A DNA stretch of 64,000 nt from Eledone cirrhosa (taxonomy: Eukaryota): assembly GCA_964016885.1 (NCBI GenBank), contig OZ024744.1, positions 106,268,001 to 106,332,000 on the forward strand. Reading direction: 5' to 3'. The notes beneath the pieces were generated by a model. That model was given only the letters and a program-made list of their open reading frames with translations, searched no databases and was not told where the DNA came from. Position numbers and translations under genes: made by a program. This document shows, piece by piece, positions 39,428-51,365 of this stretch. Position 1 is the first letter of the stretch, and each line of letters begins with the position of its first letter.

Positions 39428-40101
39428 ATAATTGTTTCTACTTTAGGCACAAGGTCAACAATTATCCCAGTGCATTACTGGTACTTTATTTTATCGACCA
39501 CATAAGGATGAAAGGCAAAGTTAACCGCGGTTGGATTTGAACTCAGAATGGCAAGGGCCATAACACTATGCTGCAAAGCATGGTGTCTGACCTTCTACCG
39601 ATACTGCCAATCCACCGCCCTAGTAATACATCATCATATATTTTTAACATAAAATTTAGCTTTGGTTATCTCCCTTTAGTTGCCAAAATAAATACCACAT
39701 GTTAATAATTGTTTCTACTTTTGGCACAAGGCCAGCAATTACCCAGTACATCACTGGTACTTTATTTCATCGACCCCCCCCCCCCGTAAGGATGAAAGGC
39801 AAAGTTAACCTCGGCAGGATTTGAACTCAGATCATAAAGGGAGGGCCGTAACTCTATGCTGCAAAGCATGGCGTCCGACCCTCTACCGATACTGCCAATC
39901 CACCGTAATAATTGTTTCTATTTTAGGCACCAGGCCAACAATTACCCAGTGCATTACTGGTACTTTATTTTATCGACCCCCGTAAGGATGAAAGGCAAAG
40001 TTAACCTCGGCAGGATTTGAACTCAGATCATAAAGGGAGGGCCGTAACTCTATGCTGCAAAGCATGGCGTCCGACCCTCTACCGATACTTCCACTCCACC
40101 G
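39428..40101 (-). mobile_element. Three family-A SINEs, the last two probably a local tandem duplication
   Basis: Copies 39705-39905 and 39907-40101 share the private insertion aagggagggccg. Confidence 0.8.
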
Positions 40102-40463
40102 TAATAATGAAAAATGATTATAAAATGTCAAAATATTTTGGTTGATATATTTTATATCTTACACAATTTAACAGCTCAACTGTCTGATCCTTTGGGTGTA
40201 TGTTGCACAATCTATTTTGTTGCAAGAATTCAGGACTGTGGTAAAATAGCATAGCCATTGTCCCTTCCAGCTACTAAGCTCAGATATTACAAGAGATGTC
40301 GTAGATTTTTACCATTCCTTCTCTGATTAACCCTTATATGTTATTAAATATCACCTGAACAAATTTAATATTTGAAAATTGAACTAAATTATCAATTATG
40401 ATGAATATAAAAGATTAGTAAAGAGAATGTCCTACTCATGCTAGCATAGAAGATGGACGTTAT

Positions 40464-40512
40464 GTGATGATGATGGTGATGGTGATGATGGTGGTGGTGA
40501 TGATGGTGATGG

Positions 40513-40546
<34 letters not shown>

Positions 40547-40683
40547 GATGGTTGTGGTGGTGATGATGATGATGATGGTGACGATGGTGATGATGATGAT
40601 AATGATGATGGTGATGCTGATGGTGATGATGATGATGAAGATGATGATGATAATGATGATGGTGATGATGGTGGTGATGATGA

Positions 40684-40715
<32 letters not shown>

Positions 40716-40962
40716 ATGGTGGTGGTGATGATGATGGTGATGATGGTGATGATGGTGATGATGGTGATGATGATGGTGATGATGGTGATGATGGTGATGG
40801 TGATGATGATGATGGTGATGATGGTGATGATGGTGATGATGATGATGGTGATAGTAATGATGATGATGATGATGGTGATGATGATGGTGATGATGATGAT
40901 GATAATAATGATAATAATGATGATGATAATGATGATAATGATGATGGTGATGGTGATGATGG

Positions 40963-40993
<31 letters not shown>

Positions 40994-40995
40994 GA
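40464..40995. repeat. (GAT/GGT)n trinucleotide microsatellite
   Basis: About 530 bp of atg/gtg triplets. Confidence 0.97.
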
Positions 40996-41104
40996 TATAT
41001 AAGATTATCTTCCATTCTGCTTTTTCTCTCTTTCTCTGTTTTCCAAGTAAGTCGCTATATTTCCTAACATTTCTATAGCCAGGCTGTGTGTCGTCATATA
41101 ATGA

Positions 41105-41530
41105 TTTCTACAATCATGGCACAAGGCCAGTCATTTGGGGGGGGGGGGGGGGGGGGTCGATTAAATCGATCCCAGTGCATTACTGGTACTTTATTTTATT
41201 GACCCCCGTAAGGATGAAAGGCAAAGTTAACCTCGGTGGGATTTGAACTCAGAACACAAAGGGCCATAACTCTATGCTGCAAGGCATGGTGTCTGACTGA
41301 CGCTCTACCGATACTGCCAAACCACCGCCATTATGTGGTCGTGGATTGGCAGTAACGGTAGAAGGTCGGACGCCATGCTTTGATGCATAGAGTTACGGCC
41401 CTTGCCATTCCGAGTTCAAATCACGCCGAGGTTAACTTTGCCTTTCATCCTTACGGGGGGTCGATAAAATAGAGTACCAGTAATGCACTGGAATAATTGC
41501 TGGCCTTGTGCCAAAAGTAGAAACAATTAT
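41105..41530. mobile_element. Head-to-head inverted pair of family-A SINEs
   Basis: Minus copy 41105-41329 and plus copy about 41341-41530, separated by roughly 10 nt. Confidence 0.85.
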
Positions 41531-41693
41531 GTGGTCATATAATAAACATGATTTATTTCTTCACACACACACACAGAGGCCCATTTGCAAATACATACAG
41601 AACCACACATACACATGCACACACACACACATCTAAACACATGCAAACACACAATTAAACAAGCAATTGACCATATAAACATATATCTCTAAT

Positions 41694-41930
41694 CTAAGGC
41701 AGGTAAAATTCCCGAGATCCATGGACGAGTTCTCTCCAGCGGTCTCTATCCCTCATTATCGCTGCCATGTCCTGCGTCTCCAACAGACCGGTGTCTGTCC
41801 TTAGGGCATCAACATACGTTAACCTTGGTCTTCCTCTTCCAGTGTGTCCATGTAGGGGCTCCCAAAGGAGCACTGAGTGCAATGTCAACTCTGGATGTCG
41901 GTGAGCATGTCCAGCTAACCTCAGTCTCCT
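41694..41930 (-). mobile_element. 3' fragment of an RTE-type LINE
   Basis: LAGHAHRH...LLWEPLHGHTGRGRPRLTYVDAL. Confidence 0.65.
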
Positions 41931-42352
41931 GTATATATGTCTTGTGTGAAACCATGGATCCGCTCCTGGAAAGTTCCTTTACAAGACAACACAGTCCTTG
42001 ACAAGGTTTTCAGTGGAAGACTGGTAATTGTGCATGTATAGAAATGTTCCTTCTCCCCAGCCCCTGCTGTTATCCAAGATTAAGGTAATGGCTGACACAG
42101 CCTGGCACCAGTGACATTGAAGGTGGATTCAGAAGAAAGGCCAGAACAGCTACCACAAGGTAATGAAACAACTTTGATTGGTATTTTAGTTATCATCCTC
42201 CAAAGATTGGAAAGCAATGTTGATATTGGCAGGAATTGAACTCAGAGCATACAGGAGTGTAACTTAATACCACAAGACCTTTCTGTCCAATGTGCTAACA
42301 AGAGCTTGAATAAACACCAGAAGTTATTTAATCCAATACTTTAACAACTTTG

Positions 42353-42385
<33 letters not shown>

Positions 42386-42668
42386 AACATATGTACATAT
42401 ATAAAAACACACACAAACACACACACGCACACACGCACACACACACAACACACACAAACCCACACACACACACACACACTCACACTCACACACACACACA
42501 TACACACGCGCACACACACAAATACATACACAAACATACACACGCAAACAGATTCCAATAGAATGTGTCAAGATCTCAAAACAAGCTATAGTCCTTATTT
42601 TGACCCTCACTTACAAAACGCTTTGCACCCCACTTTCTTCTTCTGCCTGAAAGTAAAACAATATTTAA

Positions 42669-45640
42669 CCCTTTAGCATTCACATTACTCTATATATACT
42701 ATTATATTTTCATAGTAAAGTCTTTACCTCACATAATATCTCACATACTCTATATATACTATTATATTTTCATGGTAAAGTCTTTACCTCACATAATTAT
42801 CTCACATACTCTATATATACTACTAGCAGTGGTACCCGGCGTTGCACGGGATAATTTATTTTGGAACGCGGGCTGCCAACAGACATAATCGTGGAAAAAC
42901 TGCATGCCTGGACAATATGTAAAGAAAATAAACTGAATACTCTGATGGCTGGATAATCTAAGATTTTCCTCGATGAAGCAGGGAAAAGGCAGGTTTTCAC
43001 CTAATGCAGGCCCTAGGGGATCAAGAAAATGAATTTTTCTTATTTGCATAATATGCCTTGAAATTTCAAGGAAATCGGTCTGACGTAACGCCTCAAAAAA
43101 CCCTTAAAAAGCTGGAAAAAACGCAGTTTTTCACCTAATGCGGGCCCTAGGGGATCAAAAAGTTGAATTTTTTTAATGTGCATAACACTCCCTGAAATAT
43201 AAGTAATAGACATGTAAAGTTTGAAAAAGATCGGTTGGGTACTTCTCGGGTTTCACACACACACACACACACAGACACACACATATATACATGGTGGCTG
43301 CCAACTCGTTTTCGAGTACGGCCACTATTTTATATCCATGTAGGAGAACCCCTACTGATGCGCTGAACGAGTGTGACTTTTTAGTCCAGCCAGCGACTTG
43401 AAAACTCTGGTGCAAACACTACACTTTGACAATTACTGACACATAGTGCTGGGCCCATTGTACCCTGTGATGACAAGTGCAGAGAGATCTCCAGATATAA
43501 AACAATGCCTGTGCCGTGAAGCTTTTATAGTGAACAAAGGCACTGCACAAAGCCATTCCCACTCTCTTAACCAAGATGATATTTACCAAAAAGAAGAACA
43601 AGTCAACATCATTGGATACCATCAGGGTTGCCGGTGTTATATCAGAGTTTTCCTTCTCCTAAAATTCTGCCTTGACAAAGGCTAAGGGGTCATCTCTCCC
43701 AGTGATTTTGGATGGCCATTGACTCTTAAGAGCTCCTTTACCCTTTGACAGGTTTTGTTTTTAGTCCTGCAGGATGTCCAAAGTCACCCTCCTTACCAAG
43801 AAACCTTGGTGGGGTTGCCAGTTTAGTCGCCAACGACCCGACCATGAGACAGGTTGTACCGGGATACATGTTACCAGTAGCACCAACTAGTGACCTGACA
43901 TATATACATACATACATACGTACATACATACATGCTTCCTCAGTTTTATATATATATAGATATATAGATTTAAATAACAGATTAAAGTTTAAGCAAAGAA
44001 TTGTTGCTTTCACCCCTAACGGGATCTTCTGAAACTAAAAACATCAATCTGTGAACGCAGAAGTAAATATTTCGAAAAAGGTTGCAACCGAAGGAAAACA
44101 GGAAGACGATACTTTGGTTCATGAAGACGTTCTCTGGAAATGAACGGAAAATAGCGAACATAATACGTCATCAATGTTCGTCAGAATGTCGTAATGCAGA
44201 TAGTGAGGCATACAGACAGATATTATAAGGGCTCAACGGAGATCGATAACCAGCACCTAACACCCCTTTAACAACAGAAAATTGAAAAATAAAAGCTGCA
44301 GTTAATATCTTTAGACCGCAAGGAATATATAAATGCAAGTTTGAAGTCAATCGGAGTAGAAATGTGGATTTGTATAGACTTTGCAAAAATGAGGACACAC
44401 ACACAGACAACATCAGTTTTATATATATAGATTAGATTTTCATGGTAAAGTCTTTACCTCACATAATATCTCACATACTCTATATATATACTATTATATT
44501 TTCATGGTAAAGTCTTTACCTCACATAATTATCTCACATACTCTATATATACTATTATATTTTCATGGTAAAGTCTTTACCTCACATAATATCTCACTTA
44601 CTCTATATATACTATTATATTTTCATGGTAAAGTCTTTACCTCACATAATATCTCACTTACTCTATATATACTATTATATTTTCATGGTAAAGTCTTTAC
44701 CTCACATAATATCTCACTTACTCTATATATACTATTATATTTTCATGGTAAAGTCTTTACTTCACATAATATCTCACTTACTCTATATATACTATTATAT
44801 TTTCATGGTAAAGTCTTTACCTCACATAATATCTCACTTACTCTATATATACTATTATATTTTCATGGTAAAGTCTTTACCTCACATAATATCTCACTTA
44901 CTCTATATATACTATTATATTTTCATGGTAAAGTCTTTACCTCACATAATATCTCACTTACTCTATATATACTATTATATTTTCATAGTAAAGTCTTTAC
45001 CTCACATAATATCTCACTTACTCTATATATACTATTATATTTTCATGGTAAAGTCTTTACCTCACATAATATCTCACATACTCTATATATACTATTATAT
45101 TTTCATGGTAAAGGCTTTACCTCACATAATATCTCACATACTCTATATATACTATTATATTTTCATGGTAAAGGCTTTACCTCACATAATATCTCACATA
45201 CTCTATATATACTATTATATTTTCATGGTAAAGTCTTTACCTCACATAATATCTCACATACTCTATATATACTATTATATTTTCATGGTAAAGTCTTTAC
45301 CTCACATAATATCTCACATACTCTATATATACTATTATATTTTCATGGTAAAGGCTTTACATCACATAATATCTCACATACTCTATATATACTATTATAT
45401 TTTCATGGTAAAGTCTTTACCTCACATAATATCTCACATACTCTATATATACTATTATATTTTCATGGTAAAGGCTTTACATCACATAATATCTCACATA
45501 ATATCGAATCCATGAGATTTTGAAAGTATTTATTTTGAGAACAATACCTTAACATCAGTTTGAGCAACCAATTACAGCCAGTTTCATCAGAAAGAGGTAG
45601 AGAATTCTGGCCGGTTTTGGCCGGTTTGAACACTAAAGGG
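42669..45640. mobile_element. piggyBac-type MITE expanded by a 60-bp internal tandem array (about 20 copies) and split by a Helitron
   Basis: TTAA|ccctttagcat at 42669 and actaaaggg|TTAA at 45640. The body matches the MITE at 16959-17175. Confidence 0.85.
42823..44431 (-). mobile_element. Non-autonomous Helitron (composite)
   Basis: On the minus strand it starts A|TCtatatatataaaac and ends with hairpin cccgtgcaacgccggg plus CTAG|T. It is inserted between A and T of a 60-bp repeat unit with no TSD. A second 5'-end-like motif lies near 43960. Confidence 0.8.
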
Positions 45641-45678
45641 TTAAGATAGTGCAGGGCAGTAAGTTCAAATGAAATTAC

Positions 45679-45817
45679 CTGATTGTATAAATTGTGTCTG
45701 TTTATATAGTTCTTGTGTAAGTTTAGCTTTAAAAACATCCCTGTGGCATCAACATGGACTGACTTGAGCTCTCGAACACGAAAATCTGTCTTTTCATTAT
45801 TTGATAAAGATATGTAT
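45679..45817 (-). CDS. CEP104: CEP104 exon: YISLSNNEKTDFRVRELKSVHVDATGMFLKLNLHKNYINRHNLYNQ
   Basis: Acceptor tttctattaccag, donor CAG|gtaatt, 139 nt. Strong match to YVSLCDNEKTGCKARELKSVYVDAVGQFLKLIFHQNHVNKYNIYNQ (N-terminal jelly-roll domain). Confidence 0.95.
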
Positions 45818-45848
45818 CTGGTAATAGAAATCAAAGTTATTGCTTTAA

Positions 45849-46653
45849 CCCTTTTGCATTTACATTACTCTATATTTACTACTGTATTTTCACAGTAAAG
45901 GCTTTATCTTACTTATATATCTCACATAACATTTACATTACTCTATATTTACTACTGTATTTTCACAGTAAAGGCTTTATCTTACTTATATATCTCACAT
46001 AACATTTACATTACTCTATATTTACTACTGTATTTTCACAGTAAAGGCTTTATCTTACATATATATCTCACATAACATTTACATTACTCTATATTTACTA
46101 CTTTATTTTCACAGTAAAGGCTTTATCTTACATATATATCTCACTTAACATTTACATTACTCTATATTTACTACTGTATTTTCACAGTAAAGGCTTTATC
46201 TTACATATATATCTCACATAACATTTACATTACTCTATATTTACTACTGTATTTTCACAGTAAAGGCTTTATCTTACATATATATCTCACATAACATTTA
46301 CATTACTCTATATTTACTACTTTATTTTCACAGTAAAGGCTTTATCTTACATAATTATCTCACATAACATTTACATTACTCTATATTTACTACTGTATTT
46401 TCACAGTAAAGGCTTTATTTTACATAATTATCTCACATAACATTTACATTACTCTATATTTACTACTGTATTTTCACAGTAAAGGCTTTATCTTACATAA
46501 TTATCTCACATAATATCGAAGCTATGAGATTTTGATATTATTTACTTTGAGAATAATGCCTTAACATCAGTAAGAGTGGCCAGTAACAGCCAGTTTGAAC
46601 AGAAAGAGGTGAGAGAATTCTGGCTGAATATGGCTGATTTAAATGCTAAAGGG
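45849..46653. mobile_element. piggyBac-type MITE expanded by a 73-bp internal tandem array (about 9 copies)
   Basis: TTAA|cccttttgcat...atgctaaaggg|TTAA; same family as 16959-17175. Confidence 0.85.
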
Positions 46654-47427
46654 TTAAAGATAATAATGACATTTACAAATTTATAACATACTGTTAAACT
46701 ACAATATGTAAGTGCAGGCATGGCTGAGTGGTTAAGAAGTTTGCTTCACGATCTTGGGTTCAATCTCACTGTGTTGCCTGTTGGGCAAATATCTTTAGCA
46801 TAGCTTCAGGTTAACATAAGCCTTATGAGTGAAATTGGATAAATAGAAACCTTATGGAAGTCCATCAGATTGGTCGTGTTTGTATTACGAAGGTGCAAGT
46901 TGATCACAAGTAGAATTACATTAAGAGTATATGTATCTGTCGAATACAGTCATATATACATTAGTTAATGAGTCAGACAATCAATTGATTGAATAATGGA
47001 ATGCTCATCGTTGAAAGTGATGAAGGACCTATCTAAGACAATGTTTCTTCTGTTTCCCTGCTGAAATTACTTCTGTCCATACTGTTTCTCTGACCATCTT
47101 GTTGTTCACATTGTAAACACTGAAACAGTATGGTTTTCTATCAGTGTCTTTGACAGTTACAGAATTAAAGATATTGAATATTATAACTTCTTAGCAAACT
47201 TTAGCACAATCTATACCAACAAGATTTAGATTATAATTCCTACAACTACAGAAAAACCAGTTTTCATTCTTCTCTCTTAAAATAATCTGAGCACCACTGA
47301 GCTATTGTCATATGTTTGACACATACAGTCTTCAAATTTCAGAAGTCTGATATTTTCTTTGTAATTTCTTCACCTGGAAAATTCTGGAAAAATATGATAA
47401 CACAAAAATGCAGTCTATATATATATA

Positions 47428-49145
47428 TCATCATCATCACCATTTTACGTCCGCTTTTTCCTGCTTGCAAGGGTGGGACGTGTCCTTTTCAGCACAGCAT
47501 CTCTCCATTTGTCACTGTCCTTCGTCATCTCCTCTGTGAACTTCAGCGATCTGAAGTCAGCTCTCACCACCTCCACCCATGTCTTTCGTGGTCTTCCTCT
47601 ACTGCATCTTCCTTCCACTGGGATTTCACACTATAGTTTCTCTCTCAACTCATCTATGCTTGGTCGTTCATGCATATTGACATTGCACATGCATTGGAGC
47701 ATATCCTCTGCAGTTGCTGCCCATGTCTCACTACCATGCAGCATCACACATCTCACACATGCATCATACAACCGACCTTTCGACCACAGGGAGAAACCCT
47801 TCTTTGTCAACAGAGGAAGCAGCTCTCTAAACCTCTTCCATTCTGTCCTTATTCTAGATACTATGGCCCCAGAGCACCCTCCTCCTTTGTTAATCTGATC
47901 ACCTAGATATCGGAAGCTATAACCACCTCTATAGATCTTATCTGTGTTTGAAAAATGTGTCTGTCACTGACACTTCTACTATCAAATTTCCTTGAACATC
48001 TACTACATATGAACTTTTCCTTTCCTGTTAATCTGCCTGCTATCCCACTACACCTCTTGTGTACCCAAAATCTGCATTGTGTACATTCTACAGAGTTTAT
48101 GCCAACTCATTTTCTATATATCAAGCATGGCCTTTTCCCTGATGGAATCAGAGTATTGTCCTCTCTTCTACTTATCAACACTTTTGTCTTAGCTGGGTTC
48201 ACTCTCAGTCCTCTTGATTCCAACTGCTGTTTCCATAGCCAGAATTTATTCTCTAGCTCCTCTACTGATTCTGCTATAAGAACCAGATCATCAGCATAGA
48301 GAAGTTCCCTTGGGCAGCCAGTCTTAAACTCCTCTGTTATGGCTTGGAGGACTATAATGAACAAGAGTGGGCTGAGAACCGAACCCTGATGTACACCTAC
48401 TTGAATCTGGAATTCCTCACTAAACTCCATTCCTACCCTTACTTTACTGACAGCTCCTCTGTACATAGCTTGCACTGTCCTCACAAGCCATTCCTCTACA
48501 CATATTTTCCTTAGGGACCACCAGCTGACAGATTGGGGTACCCTATCAAAGCCTTCTCTAGGTCAACCAAAGCTAAGTATAGTGGCTTATTCTTCTCTAA
48601 GAACCTGTAGTTGTCTCACTAAGAAGAGGGCATCTTTTGTACTTTTACCAGGCACAAAGCCAAACTGCATCTCATCTAATTTGACACTTTCTCTAATTAG
48701 TTGTGCTAATATTCTTTCTGTCACTTTCATAACCTGGTCCATCTGTTTTATGCCCCTATAATTGCTCCTCTCTAGAGCATCCCCTTTACCTTTGTAGCAA
48801 TTTATAAGAATACTCCTGCACCAGTCTTTGGGTATGACTCCGCCATATATAGCTTGATTGACTCTGTGTGTAACTAGTTTAGTTCTTATGTCTCCTGATG
48901 CCTTTAATATCTCAGCAACTATACCTAACGGTCCAGCAGTCTTACCACTTTTCATTTCCTTAATTACCTCTTTGACCCTATAGTCGTCAATCTCAATAGC
49001 TGGCCCCTCTGTTGGGTCTACTGAGGGTAGTTTCTCTCTCTCCCATTCGTTCTCAACATTCACCAGTCTCTCATAATGACATTTCCAGGCCTCCTTTTTC
49101 TGAGCATCAGTGACGCTAAGTGCACTGACATCATTTCGGACACAC
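47428..49145 (-). mobile_element. 5'-truncated RTE LINE (RT domain plus 3' tail)
   Basis: NYRGIK...QFGFVPGKST, GVHQGSVLSPLLF, LLYADDLVL; tail gcggacgtaaaatggt(gat)n. Confidence 0.88.
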
Positions 49146-49192
<47 letters not shown>

Positions 49193-49535
49193 TGATAATG
49201 AATGATAGCTGTTGTGATAATAATCAGGTGTACCATCAACAGTAATTGTAGTAAAATTCTTGGCAGATTTTATTTCTTCAATAATGTTCTTTTACACAAA
49301 TGATCCACAGATATCAATGAAGTCGTTCTGAGTATTATTCAATAATTAACTTATTTGGAATCTTCTTTGGTTCCTTTGTGTATTCTATATATGTGTAACA
49401 TGTTCAGATAACAACAGGTTATGTTTTAAAGGAATTCAGTAATACTCCCAAAATTCCCATCATAGTTATTGCCAAATTGTTTAGAAAAACCAGAGAAAGC
49501 AAAGTCCTATCTTCAATGAAACATAGAATAACAGC

Positions 49536-49569
<34 letters not shown>

Positions 49570-49803
49570 ATTTCTTTATTAACCACAAGGGTTTACATAA
49601 AGTAGACATTAAGGACAGTGCAGGACAATACAGGACGGTACAAATGGGCATTTCTGCGTGTAAAATACAAAAACAGAGGATTTAACAAAATATAACAATG
49701 AAAAATTCCCCAATAGGGGGGAGACTTCAGAGGGACATTTGTGGAGAAAGCCCATTAAAAGGCCACAGTGACCCTGACCACCAAGGCAAGTGCCCTCTCC
49801 CAG

Positions 49804-49854
<51 letters not shown>

Positions 49855-49874
49855 CTATACTGTTAGTTACTCAC

Positions 49875-49956
49875 CCAAGACATACATATCGCACATTTTT
49901 TAAGTCAAGAGGCTCATTTTCAGGAACATCTCCTACAAATATTTCAATCTTGGAGG
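49875..49956 (-). CDS. CEP104: CEP104 exon: (T)SKIEIFVGDVPENEPLDLKNVRYVCL(G)
   Basis: Acceptor aacatttcag, donor GG|gtgagt, 82 nt, phase 1 to 2. Matches SSKIEFYI...RRLG. Confidence 0.9.
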
Positions 49957-50399
49957 CTGAAATGTTAAATAAATAAATAAAACAACCATTATGTGTTCAT
50001 TGTTCTTTTCTTTTGTTTGTAACCACCTACATATATTTACACCCAAGCCATAGTGAAGGCAACCTGTCTAGGGAGGCAGTAACTCTGATTAAAGATTACT
50101 GCACGAGGTAGACATGGGTCCTGTAAGCTGTAGTGAAGGCAACCCATCTAGAAGAGTAGACACTCCAAATAAAAACTAACACGGAGTGGAGAGGACCCTT
50201 GAGTCCAGTAAGACAACTTCTCTAGTGCTGGTGGCACAAATAATACTCTCAGTCCACACTATGAGATGTTTAGTGATAGGAAGAGCATCCAGGCAGAAAA
50301 CCCTGCCAAAAATTTTAACAGTACAATTATAACTGCCACAAATTGTGTATACAGGGCTAACACTAGTCATGTTAGTGCTGACCACAATAGTGGGGTGGC

Positions 50400-51360
50400 T
50401 AGAGTAGCCATGTGTGAGAATCCCTCAGCCATCATCAAGCTATCACAAAACTCTTTTCCCTTCCAGGTACACAGAATGTCTAGCCAAGGAAATAACAACT
50501 GTCAAGGTACAAACCTCAGAACTACCACTCTCAATGTTGGCACCCTGAAAGGTAGATCAGGTGAAATTGTGGAACTGTGAGAGAGAATAGAAGTAGATGT
50601 ATGTTGTGTACAAGAGGGGAAATGGAGGGGTGCCACAGTAAGACTAATCACAGGAAAACAACATAGATATAAACTCTACTGGGTAGAAAATGACAATGGG
50701 GTAGGAGGTGTAGGTATCTTACTAACTGAGAAATAGATAGAATGATAGAAGTAGTTAGAGTAAATGACAGAGTCATCAAGCTTAGAATATCTGTAGGAAA
50801 TAGAATGGTGACAATTACATCTACCTATGTCCCACAGGTAGGACTGAGTAAAGAACAAAAGGACAGGTTCTATGAGGAACTTTTATAGACAACCTCAGTT
50901 ACTGATGAAAGAGACCTCATCATCTTGGCAGGTGACTTCAATGGACATGTGGGGCAGTACCAGGGTAGATTCAATGGAGGTCACAGTGGATATGGTTATG
51001 GTTCAAGAAAGGAAGAGGGATAGCAGCTTCTGGAAGTCTGTGATATGAGTAAAATAACTATTTGCAACACTAACTTCAGGAAACCTGTTAATCACTTGAT
51101 CTTATATCAATCAGGTGAACACACAAGACAAATTGATTGATTACTTGTAAGACAATGAGATAAATGGACTGTTATAAACACTAAGGCTTTCCCTAGGGAA
51201 GAATGTGCCTCCCAACACAAGTTATTAGTGACATTAGAATAAACACAAGACAGGAAAATATGGAGAAGGTATGGAAGCTAAAGGACCTCTCGGTTAAATA
51301 TAGGTTTAGAAAGGCTCTACAGGATGTATTTAACGAGAAGAGAATGATGACTAACTTGGT
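50400..51360 (+). mobile_element. RTE LINE 5' part (APE endonuclease, decayed), interrupted by a Gypsy element
   Basis: TTLNVGTLKGRSGEIVE, CVQE, AGDFNGHVG and CNTNF motifs with stop codons. Confidence 0.8.
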
Positions 51361-51365
51361 ACATA

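Noticed and set aside
40392-41078. Poly-His and poly-Met/Val ORFs, and similar His/Thr/Pro ORFs at 32400-33232 and 44504-45523
   Set aside because: They are microsatellite or minisatellite translations.
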